A DNA stretch of 64,000 nt from NCBI GenBank assembly GCA_947381905.1, contig CANCXL010000006.1:448-64447 (forward strand), in the 5' to 3' direction. The DNA comes from an uncultured Clostridiaceae bacterium. GTDB lineage: Bacteria; Bacillota; Clostridia; TANB77; CAG-465. The notes under the pieces are model-generated. The model made no database searches. It had not been told where the DNA came from and saw only the letters and a program-made list of their open reading frames with translations. A program made the position numbers and the translations under genes. Of the stretch, positions 9,591 to 19,871 are shown one piece after another (the stretch's first letter is position 1; each line of letters begins with the position of its first letter).

Positions 9591-9647
9591 TCTAAAGATT
9601 CTATATTTTAGAATATTTTTCCAACTATTTGTTTATAACTTTATTAA

Positions 9648-11054
9648 TTAAATCTTATTTTTTTTACTAATTGCTAAAAAATCATATCTTACATAATTTA
9701 TATTAAGAGCAAAATATACAATTCCACCAATTATTATTTGTAAAATTATTTTTGCATAATTGTTATTTATAAAATAAGATAATACAAGTATTACTATAGA
9801 CATAATTATACTTTTTATAAAAAAAGGAAGTATAGCTTTTAAATTATCTATATACTTGATATCTATTCGAGTACAAATAATTTGATAAATCATTACCACT
9901 AATTCTGCTAATATAGTTCCAACGCAAGCACCATAAGCACCATATTTTGGAATAAATAGCAAATTAAATATAAAATTTACTATAGCACCACAAATAGTCG
10001 ATTTAACATATATATTGTCTTTTGATTTAGGAATGAGATAATTGTTTCTTGTTATATTTGTTATACATGAAAACAATACTGTAATAATTAGTAAATTAAT
10101 TAAATTGGGTGTTATGTCAAATCCATTTCCAAAAAATATATTGCAAAAATTTTTTGATACTAATAGTAGACCAGCACAAATGGGAAAAATCATAAAGAAA
10201 CACAATTTATATGTGTCCTTGATTTTTTCAGAGTACTCTTTTGTACTGACTTTTGACATATGTGGTAACATTACTGTTCCTAAAGCTGTAATAATACTTA
10301 ATGGAATATTAATTATTTTTTCCGCACTTTCATAATTTCCAAGTTGAATGGTATCTGAAAAATAACCTATCATTGTTTTATCCATAACTCTATATATGCT
10401 ATATGCAATTACAGGGATAAATAAAATAATACAAGGTTTATAGTTTAAATATATATCTTTAAATGATACTTTAACTAAAGTAACATCTTTTTTTATGAAT
10501 ATCCATAAATATAATTGACTAATCAATGTTGATAACGATAAAACTAATATATATATCCACAAGTCAGTTTCTTTTTTTACAAGTATGAAGATAAATATTA
10601 AAGATAATAATTTTATTATCATACTTCTAGAAATAGTGATTTTAAATTTTTCCATACCAAAATAAAACCAATTAATGTCAAGCATTGCAGAAATAAGAAA
10701 TATTGTTTGAATAATTAAAATTTGTTTATATTCAACATTAGAGAAAATTACAAACAATAAAAATATTAATATACATACAATAGAATTAATTAATTGTAAA
10801 TAATATATTGATAAGAATTTTTTAGATCTTTCCTCTCTAGTAGTAGACTTGGCAATTTCTCTAGCACCGTAATTATTTATTCCAAGTAAAATTGCAAGCA
10901 TAAAATAATTTACGATTGAATAAGTATACGAATATATACCTATATTTTCAACACCTAAAACTCTAGAAATATATGGTGTTGTTATAAGTGGTATTACAAA
11001 AGCAAAGATCTGATATATAAGATTATATATAAAATTTTTATTTGTTGTTTTCAT
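9648..11054 (-). CDS. wzx: Wzx-type oligosaccharide flippase (MOP/PST family)
   Basis: About 12 predicted TM segments, typical N-terminus NLIYQIFAFVIPLITTPYISRVLG. ATG at 11054 follows GAGGAG. Confidence 0.85.
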   Translation of the reverse strand: MKTTNKNFIYNLIYQIFAFVIPLITTPYISRVLGVENIGIYSYTYSIVNYFMLAILLGINNYGAREIAKSTTREERSKKFLSIYYLQLINSIVCILIFLLFVIFSNVEYKQILIIQTIFLISAMLDINWFYFGMEKFKITISRSMIIKLLSLIFIFILVKKETDLWIYILVLSLSTLISQLYLWIFIKKDVTLVKVSFKDIYLNYKPCIILFIPVIAYSIYRVMDKTMIGYFSDTIQLGNYESAEKIINIPLSIITALGTVMLPHMSKVSTKEYSEKIKDTYKLCFFMIFPICAGLLLVSKNFCNIFFGNGFDITPNLINLLIITVLFSCITNITRNNYLIPKSKDNIYVKSTICGAIVNFIFNLLFIPKYGAYGACVGTILAELVVMIYQIICTRIDIKYIDNLKAILPFFIKSIIMSIVILVLSYFINNNYAKIILQIIIGGIVYFALNINYVRYDFLAISKKNKI

Positions 11055-12180
11055 TTTTCTCCTCATCAAATAGAGCTATATCTAAGAAATTATTTGCTTT
11101 ATCTTTTAATTCATCTAAAGTTTTGTCATATGAGCTATAATCAACATCAGCTAGGTAATCAAATTTTTCGTCAAAATCGAATGGAATTAATCTATCCATC
11201 ATATTTAATTGTTTTAGTAATGTTATTACTCTATCGTCATCTCCATACATATCCCCATTTTTTACTGTTATAAAATTCTTTTTATAAATTGTAGAAAAGA
11301 TTGTTCCATGAAAAGATGTAGTAATAACTACTTTGGCATTTTTAATTAATGAAAGGTATAATGCTGGTGTCTCATAGTCAACTAGTTCAAATCCATATTT
11401 TTTTACTTGTTTAAAGTAATAAGATTTTGTACTCCATGCAATTACTTTTAAATTATATTTTTCAGATATCTTCTTTACAAACTTACATATATCAGTATTA
11501 AATGATGGGCAATAGAAAAATATATAATCCCCTTTATATTTATCAGAATCTTCTAAAATTGCATCATAGTCTTGCGCATTTAACAATAATGTTGGATCTA
11601 TTAATACTTCCGCATCTCTATTGCATAAATCTCTTATCCACTTTTTACCATTATTTTCTCTTATAGATATATAATCATATGAATTAATATATTCCTTATA
11701 TTTTTCTGGTTCCTTTGAATATTTTAAGATATTTTTAGAACCAAAACTAGGAGCATATGCTACTTTTTTTGCTTTTTTTACCCATGGTAAAAAATATGCA
11801 TCGTCGCTATCTTCTATTGTTATATTCCATATCTGATCACTTCCAGATACAACAATATCAAACTCTTCATCACTTAATTGATTATTTGATATATAAGAAT
11901 CAGATGTTAAATTAAAGTTTTTCCTTTTAAATTCTTCATATTTCTTATTATTTACTTTTAATTTTGATATTGCTGGAATAACTAATATATTTTTTACTAT
12001 ATTTTTTAATGAATTGTTTTTATAAAAAATACTATATAATTTTCTTTGATTGTAATTAGAAAAGTCTATTATTTTAGTTAAACAGCCTCTCTTCTCTATA
12101 GCTTTTTGCATAGCATATGATTCTAACATTGAACCACAATTATATGAATTATGAAATGTAATAATTCCTACTTTTTTCAT
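11038..12180 (-). CDS. polysaccharide pyruvyl transferase family protein
   Basis: N-terminus MKKVGIITFHNSYNCGSMLESYA and SGSDQIWN motif are typical of the CsaB/WcaK-type family. Confidence 0.75.
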   Translation of the reverse strand: MKKVGIITFHNSYNCGSMLESYAMQKAIEKRGCLTKIIDFSNYNQRKLYSIFYKNNSLKNIVKNILVIPAISKLKVNNKKYEEFKRKNFNLTSDSYISNNQLSDEEFDIVVSGSDQIWNITIEDSDDAYFLPWVKKAKKVAYAPSFGSKNILKYSKEPEKYKEYINSYDYISIRENNGKKWIRDLCNRDAEVLIDPTLLLNAQDYDAILEDSDKYKGDYIFFYCPSFNTDICKFVKKISEKYNLKVIAWSTKSYYFKQVKKYGFELVDYETPALYLSLIKNAKVVITTSFHGTIFSTIYKKNFITVKNGDMYGDDDRVITLLKQLNMMDRLIPFDFDEKFDYLADVDYSSYDKTLDELKDKANNFLDIALFDEEKNENNK

Positions 12181-12188
12181 TTTATCAC

Positions 12189-13157
12189 CTATATTTCTTT
12201 TAAATATTCCTTTCTTTTTAATTTTATAAGTTTATTTTTTAATCTTAAAATTTTATAAGCTAAAAAATATCTTCTGTTCTTTATAAAATAAATTACTAAA
12301 TTTTTAAAAAATCCTAGGTTGTTATCCGCAGATCTTAAAAAGAATTTGTTGTAAAATTCAAAGTCTATTCTCTTATAGAATTTCTTAACATCTGTATAAC
12401 AATCTACAAAAGATAATCTATCAAACATAGTATAAATTCCATTAATACAGCTATTTTGTATTATTAATTTATCGTTATTTTGATTAATATCTAGTATATC
12501 CATTAAGTATTTTTGAAACTTTCTATCAGTGTCAATTATTTTTTCATTAAAACTTTTTGTAGCTGAACCAAAATTAACTCTATATATATATATATTATTA
12601 TTTACAATCTTATAATTTTTGGTTTTTTTAAGTATAGATAAATTGAAAATCATATCTTCACCATTAATTAAATCTGAAATAAATACTATATTGTTTTCTT
12701 TCAAAAAATCTTTTCTATATAATTTTGAAAAAGGTCCAGCTATACAAATTCCATCTTTGTTCATACCAGCAACTTGTCTCATTAATATTTCTTTGTTGCT
12801 ATTAATGCCTTCATTAGAAAATATAACTATATCGTATTTATAATTAAAGTATTCCTTTACAGTATCATACCAATTACGATTTAAAATATCATCTGCGTCA
12901 ACAAACATAAGGTATTCTCCTTCTGCTTGTCCAATTCCAAAATTTCTAGAATATGAAACGCCATGATTTTTATTATTATATATTTTTAACTTATCATTTT
13001 TTAGTTCATCTAATATATTTTGGGTGTTATCTGTAGAGCCATCATTAATTATTATAACTTCATAATCTTTAGTATTATTAATTAATATGGATGATATACA
13101 TTCTCTAATATATTTCTCCCCATTATATACTGGAATTATAATTGATAATTTTGTCAT
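12189..13157 (-). CDS. family 2 glycosyltransferase
   Basis: LSIIIPVYNGEKYI, INDGSTD and FVDADD motifs. Confidence 0.9.
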   Translation of the reverse strand: MTKLSIIIPVYNGEKYIRECISSILINNTKDYEVIIINDGSTDNTQNILDELKNDKLKIYNNKNHGVSYSRNFGIGQAEGEYLMFVDADDILNRNWYDTVKEYFNYKYDIVIFSNEGINSNKEILMRQVAGMNKDGICIAGPFSKLYRKDFLKENNIVFISDLINGEDMIFNLSILKKTKNYKIVNNNIYIYRVNFGSATKSFNEKIIDTDRKFQKYLMDILDINQNNDKLIIQNSCINGIYTMFDRLSFVDCYTDVKKFYKRIDFEFYNKFFLRSADNNLGFFKNLVIYFIKNRRYFLAYKILRLKNKLIKLKRKEYLKEI

Positions 13158-14316
13158 TTTTTATCTCCTTATTCTCACTTATGAAATCATTAGAATATAT
13201 TGTAAAAAGAAAAACTAACATAATTATAGGATTAAGATACACCTCTGTTAAATTTAAAATTAATAATACAAAAAAACATGAACTAATAGTTTTTATAATA
13301 TCATTATTATAATTATTCTTTACTTTATTACATGTACTTAAAATAATATATACATATACTAATATGCTAATAATTCCTCCCATATATAAATACTCTAATA
13401 TTTGATTATGTGCTGTTATAACTGTTTGACTATTATACATAGTATGTCTAACATCAATATTTTCCCATCCATATCCAATAAAAGGCTTTTTTAGAATTTG
13501 TTCTAAAGTTATATCCCATAAAAACGTTCTATTAGTGAATGTTAAATCTTTATGCAATATATCAACAATTATAAATCCAAATGCATTTTGAAATCTAAAA
13601 ATAACAATTATAAAAAACAAGATAATGGATACCCAAAAATAATTTCTTAAATTAAATAATTTAGTATTATTTTTTATAAATGGTAAATAATTAAGTATTA
13701 CAATAACACTCATACCAACTATTGATGTAGATGAACCGGAAATAATGCAACTTAAAAATATAATAATGTTAAGTAATTTTATACGTATCTTACTCTTATT
13801 TAAGCTATTATATATATGTCCTACTATATATGCAGGAAGAAAGTAACTAATCATAACATTTTTAAATCCTAAAATCCAGTTCTGACTAGCAATCCCCGTA
13901 TAAATAGTTCCTGTAGAATATAATCCTTTAGGAAATAAAATCATACTAAAAAAGTTGGCATAAATTAGTAATTCAAAGCAGATTAATAATGTATTTAAAA
14001 ATTTTATATTTTTTTTATTTAAATCGATTAAATATGCTAAACATAAAAGACTAATAAAATAATTCAATGCTGTTCCGATATTTCCATTATATAAAAACGT
14101 CGGTACAATAATTGTTAATGAAAACAAAATCAACTTAAGAAATGTCTTAGAAATTTTTCTTTCTTTAAATATAATAATTACTATAAAACTATATGAAAGT
14201 ATTCTTAATAAATTAAAAATCATTGAAACACTTACAAATCTAGTAAAATAATCTGTCCTAAAAAAGGAAAGTAAAATAATAAAATAAATAAAACTAAAAT
14301 TTTTAATTTTAAGCAT
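13123..14316 (-). CDS. wzy: Wzy-type O-antigen/capsule polymerase (O-antigen ligase-like membrane protein)
   Basis: Polytopic membrane protein with a large loop (GYGWENIDVRHTMYNSQTVITAHNQILE), located in a Wzx/GT locus. Confidence 0.7.
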   Translation of the reverse strand: MLKIKNFSFIYFIILLSFFRTDYFTRFVSVSMIFNLLRILSYSFIVIIIFKERKISKTFLKLILFSLTIIVPTFLYNGNIGTALNYFISLLCLAYLIDLNKKNIKFLNTLLICFELLIYANFFSMILFPKGLYSTGTIYTGIASQNWILGFKNVMISYFLPAYIVGHIYNSLNKSKIRIKLLNIIIFLSCIISGSSTSIVGMSVIVILNYLPFIKNNTKLFNLRNYFWVSIILFFIIVIFRFQNAFGFIIVDILHKDLTFTNRTFLWDITLEQILKKPFIGYGWENIDVRHTMYNSQTVITAHNQILEYLYMGGIISILVYVYIILSTCNKVKNNYNNDIIKTISSCFFVLLILNLTEVYLNPIIMLVFLFTIYSNDFISENKEIKNDKIINYNSSI

Positions 14317-15292
14317 ACTTTTTCCTCATTTCATTTAATTTATATAATAACATAATAAAAAGAGCATTATGATTTATAAATCCTCTTATTAACATTTTAT
14401 ATTTAAGATCCATATTATTAATTGGAGAATTATAAAAAATATTTTTCCACAATTCTGATGAAAAAGTTTGCTTAATAGCTTTATAATGTGAAATTCCATT
14501 TAATTTTTTATGCATTGCATAGTGCCTCAAATAATTCATATACATATATAAACCACACATATATATATCCTTATTATTAAATTCATATAATGAATATACT
14601 TTTTCTATCTCATTTATAAAAGTTATTATTTCTTCTTCATAATTATCAAAAAATTTAAATGATGCTGAATTTTCATTCAAGATATAGTTATAACATTTTA
14701 TATCAGAAATTATTATTTTATTGCATTTACTGTATATAGATAAATTAAAAAGAGTGTCTTCTTTAAAACGAATCTTAGTATTAAACTTTGCCCCATCAAG
14801 TAAAGTCTTTCTATACAACTTACCACAAACGTATCCTAATAATTGAGCATCATATATATCACTTTTACACGAAATTAATGCAGAAATCATATCTTTAATT
14901 TGATTTCTATTAACTTCAATTAAAATATTATCTGCTTCATTTTCAAATCTACCAATTACAACATCACAATTATACTTATGTGCGGACAACACTAATTCTT
15001 TAACAGAATCTGTTTCTAATGTGTCATCTACATCAACAAACATTATATATTCTCCAATTGAATGTTCAATTCCAAAATTTCTAGAATATGAAACACCATG
15101 ATTTTCATTATTATATATTTTTAACTTATCATTTTTTAATTCATCTAATATATTTTTTGTATTATCTGTAGAACCATCATTAACAATAATAACTTCATAA
15201 TTTTCAAACGATTGCGTAAAAATTGAATCTAGACATCTTTTTATATATTTTTCTCCATTGTATACTGGTATTATTATTGACAAGGTAACCAT
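14309..15292 (-). CDS. family 2 glycosyltransferase
   Basis: LSIIIPVYNGEKYI, VNDGSTD and FVDVDD motifs. Shares a near-identical 116-nt patch with 12189-13157. Confidence 0.9.
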   Translation of the reverse strand: MVTLSIIIPVYNGEKYIKRCLDSIFTQSFENYEVIIVNDGSTDNTKNILDELKNDKLKIYNNENHGVSYSRNFGIEHSIGEYIMFVDVDDTLETDSVKELVLSAHKYNCDVVIGRFENEADNILIEVNRNQIKDMISALISCKSDIYDAQLLGYVCGKLYRKTLLDGAKFNTKIRFKEDTLFNLSIYSKCNKIIISDIKCYNYILNENSASFKFFDNYEEEIITFINEIEKVYSLYEFNNKDIYMCGLYMYMNYLRHYAMHKKLNGISHYKAIKQTFSSELWKNIFYNSPINNMDLKYKMLIRGFINHNALFIMLLYKLNEMRKKYA

Positions 15293-15304
15293 TTTATCAC
15301 TCCT

Positions 15305-16525
15305 TTATTGAATTAATTCAATAAAATTATTATAATATACTTCTATACTTAAATCTTTTGAAACTTTTATACCACTCTGACTCATTTTATTTCTTTTATC
15401 ATCGTTTATCAATAAATCATCTATTGCTAAAGCAATATTATTAATTAATTTTTCATTTCTTTCAAGAATTATTGCTGAACCTTCAGTAGCATATTCTGGT
15501 ATACCTCCAGAATTAGTTGTTATTATTGGTAATCCACTAACTAATGACTCTATAATAGTTAATGGTGCTGGATCATCCCAAATTGAAGGTATTATAGCAA
15601 TGTCTGCTAAATTATAAATTTTATTAATTTCATCATACTTAACGAAACCAGTAAATATAACTTTATCTGCTACTGTTCCTAAGCTATTCTCTATTAAAGA
15701 TTCATATTCTGTTTTAGTATCAAGATCATTTAATGCTGATCCAATAATTAACAGTTTAAAATTCTTATATTTAACTTTTTTTATAGCTTCTACTAATTCA
15801 TATACGCCTTTTTCTGGAACAAAGCGTCCAGTAAATAATAATATTTTATCATTGTTAGAAATTTTATATTTAGAAAAGAATTCTTCTTTATAATTCATAG
15901 AATAATTCTTACCAAATCTTTCTCTATCAATTCCATTTCTTAATACAGAAAATTTATCTATTGGCATATTAATATTTCTCGAAACGGTCTCCTTTATATA
16001 ATTACTTACACAAATAACATTTTTTGTATCAAGAATTATATTATGGCATCCATATTCTGCTGGGAACTCATTATGACAATGATAATAATATCTTCCTTTA
16101 TACTTTTCAAAATTTTTATTCCATTTTAAGCATAAATATTGCGTTGGATGATTTTCTAGTAATATCTTCTTATAATTATTCTTTTTTAAATCATTACTGA
16201 TCTTCCACAAAAAAGACAATCTTTGAAAAATATATCTGTAGCTCTGTGAATTTTTCTTTTTTAATATATTTTTAGCAATAAAGTGTGTTATTCTATCTAA
16301 TACTTTAACAAAAAAAGAAGTTTTTATAAAAATAAAATCAGTATTTTTATATTTTTTACTTTCATCTAAAGCAACATTATCAAATATACTATAAATTAAA
16401 AATTTTTCTTTTTTCTGTTTTTCATTTTCATTTAGCATATTTACAATAAGATTTTCTACAGCTCCACCTTTAGTTGCTGGTACAGGTAAAAAACCCGATG
16501 TAATAATTGCAACTCTATTATCCAT
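15305..16525 (-). CDS. GT-B fold (family 4) glycosyltransferase
   Basis: C-terminal EX7E-like region PSIWDDPAPLTIIESLVSGLPIITTNSGGIPE. Confidence 0.85.
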   Translation of the reverse strand: MDNRVAIITSGFLPVPATKGGAVENLIVNMLNENEKQKKEKFLIYSIFDNVALDESKKYKNTDFIFIKTSFFVKVLDRITHFIAKNILKKKNSQSYRYIFQRLSFLWKISNDLKKNNYKKILLENHPTQYLCLKWNKNFEKYKGRYYYHCHNEFPAEYGCHNIILDTKNVICVSNYIKETVSRNINMPIDKFSVLRNGIDRERFGKNYSMNYKEEFFSKYKISNNDKILLFTGRFVPEKGVYELVEAIKKVKYKNFKLLIIGSALNDLDTKTEYESLIENSLGTVADKVIFTGFVKYDEINKIYNLADIAIIPSIWDDPAPLTIIESLVSGLPIITTNSGGIPEYATEGSAIILERNEKLINNIALAIDDLLINDDKRNKMSQSGIKVSKDLSIEVYYNNFIELIQ

Positions 16526-17654
16526 TATCTTTTCCTTTCTTTATAACATTAAATGATGTATATTTATCTATTAACTTAATAGTTTCAATATTAATATCAT
16601 AACCATGATTTTTAATATCTTCTATATAATCCTTTCTTATAAATTGTTTATTTAAAATATATTCTTTCCAAACATCTATACTTTCATTTAATCCAATAAA
16701 TTCAATATTTTCTGTTATTTTTGTAATTTTTGGAACCTCATTAGATGCTAAGCAAAATAATCCAGAAGCTTGTGCTTCTATTAAAACCATACCTAATCCT
16801 TCGTATAGACTAGGGAATAAAAATACATCAAAGACTTGATATAAATCATTAACATCAATTCTTTGACCTAAAAATTTTACTGCTTCTGTTATCCCAAGTT
16901 TTTCAACTTTTTGTTTTATATTTTCCATTAAAGGACCTTGTCCTACCAATAATAATATAGAATTACTTTCTTTTTTATGTACTTCATCAAATATATCAAT
17001 TAAAAAATCATGATTTTTTTGTTCTACAAATCTACCTATATGTCCAATCACTAATGTATTTTTATCAATTCCCAATTCTCTTCTTTTTTGTTCTCTAACA
17101 ATTTCATTATATTTGAATTTTTCTATTTCAATAGCATTATTCATTATAAAAACTTTTCCTTGTTCAAAAGTTTTATTTCCAAATAACCATCTTCCAGCAT
17201 GCTCAGTACAAGCAAAATAATCAGTAGAATATATTTTAGCTAAAGGTTTTAAAATAGATTTTATTAAATTTTTTTTCCATTCCTTTGAATTACTTGTAGA
17301 ATGAGAATGAGCTATCCTTACGGGAATTCCAGCTTTTTTTGCAGCTCTTAAAGGAAATACAGATAATGTGTTGATATGTGAATGAACTACTCTATATTTT
17401 CCCTCTCTTAATAGACCTATTAATTTTTTTTGATATTTAAAAACATTTTGATAAGGTGGAATAAGTATAACTTTTCCACCTAAAGCTTCAATTTCTTCAT
17501 ATGGTATATTGGTCGAGTCATCATCACAAAAAAAATCAAACTGAATCTTTGAGTGATCAATATGTCGATAATAATTCATTACAACAGCTTCGACTCCACC
17601 ACCAACCCATTTTCCAATTATTTGCGCTACTCTTATAGGTTCATTTTGTTCCAT
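16518..17654 (-). CDS. GT-B fold (family 4) glycosyltransferase
   Basis: FPSLYEGLGMVLIEAQASGL motif. Overlaps its neighbours (operon). Confidence 0.85.
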   Translation of the reverse strand: MEQNEPIRVAQIIGKWVGGGVEAVVMNYYRHIDHSKIQFDFFCDDDSTNIPYEEIEALGGKVILIPPYQNVFKYQKKLIGLLREGKYRVVHSHINTLSVFPLRAAKKAGIPVRIAHSHSTSNSKEWKKNLIKSILKPLAKIYSTDYFACTEHAGRWLFGNKTFEQGKVFIMNNAIEIEKFKYNEIVREQKRRELGIDKNTLVIGHIGRFVEQKNHDFLIDIFDEVHKKESNSILLLVGQGPLMENIKQKVEKLGITEAVKFLGQRIDVNDLYQVFDVFLFPSLYEGLGMVLIEAQASGLFCLASNEVPKITKITENIEFIGLNESIDVWKEYILNKQFIRKDYIEDIKNHGYDINIETIKLIDKYTSFNVIKKGKDNG

Positions 17655-18415
17655 TACTCTGCTCCATCCTTGCCTAATACAACACCTACAGTTTTAGTAA
17701 GTAATCCCATGTCGTATAGGAATCCTTTTTCTTCATTGTATCGTGCATCAAACTCTAGTCTTTCTTCAAATGTAGTATTTGATCTACCAGATACTTGCCA
17801 TAGACCTGTTATACCAGGTTTTGATTCTACTATTGTATCATAGTAATTTCCCATATCATCTATTTCTCTTGGTAAATATGGTCTAGGTCCTACAAGAGAC
17901 ATATCTCCTTTTAAAACATTTATCAATTGAGGTAATTCATCTATGCTTGTTCTTCTTAAGAAATTACCAACTTTTGTTATTCTTGGGTCATTTTTTAATT
18001 TTTTATTTTGTTTGTATTCTTTAGCAGCTTCTTCGTTAGTTGCTAAAAGTTCAAATAATTTTTGATCTGCATCTTTAACCATTGTTCTAAATTTGTATAT
18101 TTCAAATAGTTTTCCATCTTTTCCTATTCTCTTTTGTGTAAACATAGCTGGTCCATCATTATCTTTTCTAATTGCAATACTTGCAGCTAAAAATACAGGT
18201 GATAATAACAATAGTGCTGTTGCAGATGCAGTTATATCTACTGCTCTTTTTAAAAATGAATATGTTACTTCATTAAAAGTCTTATGCTCTTTTTGCTCTA
18301 GTATGTTTGTGTCTTCATTAAATTTAATAATATTGTTTTGAATTTCTTCTGGAAATTTTGCTGTTGTTTCCATACTAATAATTTTATAGTCATTTGCATT
18401 ATTTGACTGTAACAT
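17654..18415 (-). CDS. initiating undecaprenyl-phosphate sugar phosphotransferase (bacterial sugar transferase, WbaP/CpsE C-terminal type)
   Basis: KRAVDI...FTQKRIGKDGKLFEIYKFRTM...DELPQLINVLKGDMSLVGPRP motifs. Confidence 0.9.
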   Translation of the reverse strand: MLQSNNANDYKIISMETTAKFPEEIQNNIIKFNEDTNILEQKEHKTFNEVTYSFLKRAVDITASATALLLLSPVFLAASIAIRKDNDGPAMFTQKRIGKDGKLFEIYKFRTMVKDADQKLFELLATNEEAAKEYKQNKKLKNDPRITKVGNFLRRTSIDELPQLINVLKGDMSLVGPRPYLPREIDDMGNYYDTIVESKPGITGLWQVSGRSNTTFEERLEFDARYNEEKGFLYDMGLLTKTVGVVLGKDGAE

Positions 18416-18980
18416 TTTTACTCCCCCATTTTATCCTTACGTTTCTTTTTAATATTATCCTTAGTATATACACTAATACTACTCCAGTTATTACTCCCAT
18501 CGAATCAATAAATACATCTTTTAAAGAACCTGTCCTACCAGGAACAAATCTTTGATGAAACTCATCTGTAAAAGCATATACAATACCTGTTATTATTGCA
18601 TATATTGCAAGTTTTATTTGGCTACTTTTGTATTTAGAATTAGCGCAAAAAAATACAGATAGAAAAACACCACCTAACATATATAAAAAATAATGTGCAT
18701 TCTTTCTTACAAGTTTTTGTATTTTATTTGAATACGTATATTTATATTTCTTATTTTCTAGTGAATTTTTATTATCTGTCTTACCCAAATTATCGCTAAC
18801 TACATTTGAACTATCATTAGTCGTTTTTGATTCAATAACACTAATAACTGCTCCACTTGTATTGAGCGTATCTATTCCGTCTTGACCCGAAAATATAAAT
18901 ACAGTTATCATCCACATTAATACTAGTATTGAAGCTAATATTTTCTGCAGAGAAAAGTTGTTTTTCATTTCTTTTTGCAT
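18399..18980 (-). CDS. VanZ-family membrane protein (first gene of the polysaccharide operon)
   Basis: RKNAHYFLY...DEFHQRFVPGRTGSLKDVFIDSMGV is the VanZ signature. Confidence 0.8.
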   Translation of the reverse strand: MQKEMKNNFSLQKILASILVLMWMITVFIFSGQDGIDTLNTSGAVISVIESKTTNDSSNVVSDNLGKTDNKNSLENKKYKYTYSNKIQKLVRKNAHYFLYMLGGVFLSVFFCANSKYKSSQIKLAIYAIITGIVYAFTDEFHQRFVPGRTGSLKDVFIDSMGVITGVVLVYILRIILKRNVRIKWGSKNVTVK

Positions 18981-19050
18981 TCTTTATTTCTCCGATTAGT
19001 ATAACCTTTTACTATTATGTATACTATAATTATAATATTTGACGGATTTT

Positions 19051-19079
19051 ATTATATCATAAATAGGTTTGTTAGTCAA
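19051..19079 (-). promoter_or_regulatory. sigma-A-type promoter of the vanZ-to-wzx operon
   Basis: Minus-strand TTGACT (19074-19079), 17 nt, TATAAT (19051-19056). Confidence 0.55.
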
Positions 19080-19160
19080 TTAAATTATGCAAAAAATATC
19101 ACTTTATGTATACCATGTTTTGTCATTATACAAAAAAGTGATTAAAATAGTATACAAAAG

Positions 19161-19187
19161 TGCCTCACAACATATCGTGTGAGGCAT
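19161..19187 (-). terminator. rho-independent terminator after the alarmone synthetase gene
   Basis: Stem TGCCTCACA/TGTGAGGCA followed by CTTTTGT on the minus strand. Confidence 0.7.
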
Positions 19188-19190
19188 AAA

Positions 19191-19871
19191 TTAATAATTT
19201 AATAAAGAATCTTTTTCATTCTTTCTATATAATTTTATTACTTTTGCTTGCAACTTTTCAAGGGCTTTTGCATACCATGTAAGCTTTTTAGAATCTATTT
19301 TAGATATTTGATTTTTACTTTTATATCTTATGCTATGTTCCATTTCAGACCAAAAATCCATTGCTACAGTTCTAATTTGAATTTCTACTTTTATTATAAC
19401 TGTCTCTGTATTTATTGTAACTGGTGTTTCAACTATTAAATGATATGCACTATATCCACTTTTCTTAGGATTATCTATATAATCCTTTTCTTCTATTACT
19501 TTTATATTTGGCATATTATCTATAATTTGTTTAATAAATAGTATATCTTCTTTTAAAGGACATATTATTCTAACACCTGCAATATCTTTTATATTATCTA
19601 CAAGTGCATTATATGAAAACTCTATATTTTTCTTCTTCATCTTGTTTATTATACTATCTTTGGATTTTACTCTAGCATCTACTTTTTCTATAATATTATA
19701 TCCATATATTGCATTTAGTCTGTCTTTTATACTCAAAATAGAATTTTGTACTTGAAGCATTGCAAATTCATATATTTTTAACAAGTCATTGTACTGTTTA
19801 CTTTCTATATCAATCCTTTCGTATTCTTCTAAATTATTATCTGTTAATATTAGATCAGTTCTCGGACTCAC
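19191..19871 (-). CDS. small alarmone synthetase, GTP pyrophosphokinase (RelQ/RelP, YjbM/YwaC type)
   Basis: DIAGVRIICP...SGYSAYHLIV...VEIQIRTVAMDFWSEMEHSIRYK is the RelA/SpoT synthetase core. Length is typical of a single-domain SAS. Exact start is uncertain (GTG abuts the SD). Confidence 0.85.
   Translation of the reverse strand: MSPRTDLILTDNNLEEYERIDIESKQYNDLLKIYEFAMLQVQNSILSIKDRLNAIYGYNIIEKVDARVKSKDSIINKMKKKNIEFSYNALVDNIKDIAGVRIICPLKEDILFIKQIIDNMPNIKVIEEKDYIDNPKKSGYSAYHLIVETPVTINTETVIIKVEIQIRTVAMDFWSEMEHSIRYKSKNQISKIDSKKLTWYAKALEKLQAKVIKLYRKNEKDSLLNY

Noticed and set aside
19191-19871. Alarmone synthetase as a toxic SAS (toxSAS) toxin-antitoxin module
   Set aside because: Its length and motifs match housekeeping RelQ/RelP. 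It is monocistronic with its own terminator, with no overlapping or abutting small antitoxin gene. The adjacent DUF3800 gene is divergently transcribed 200 nt away.
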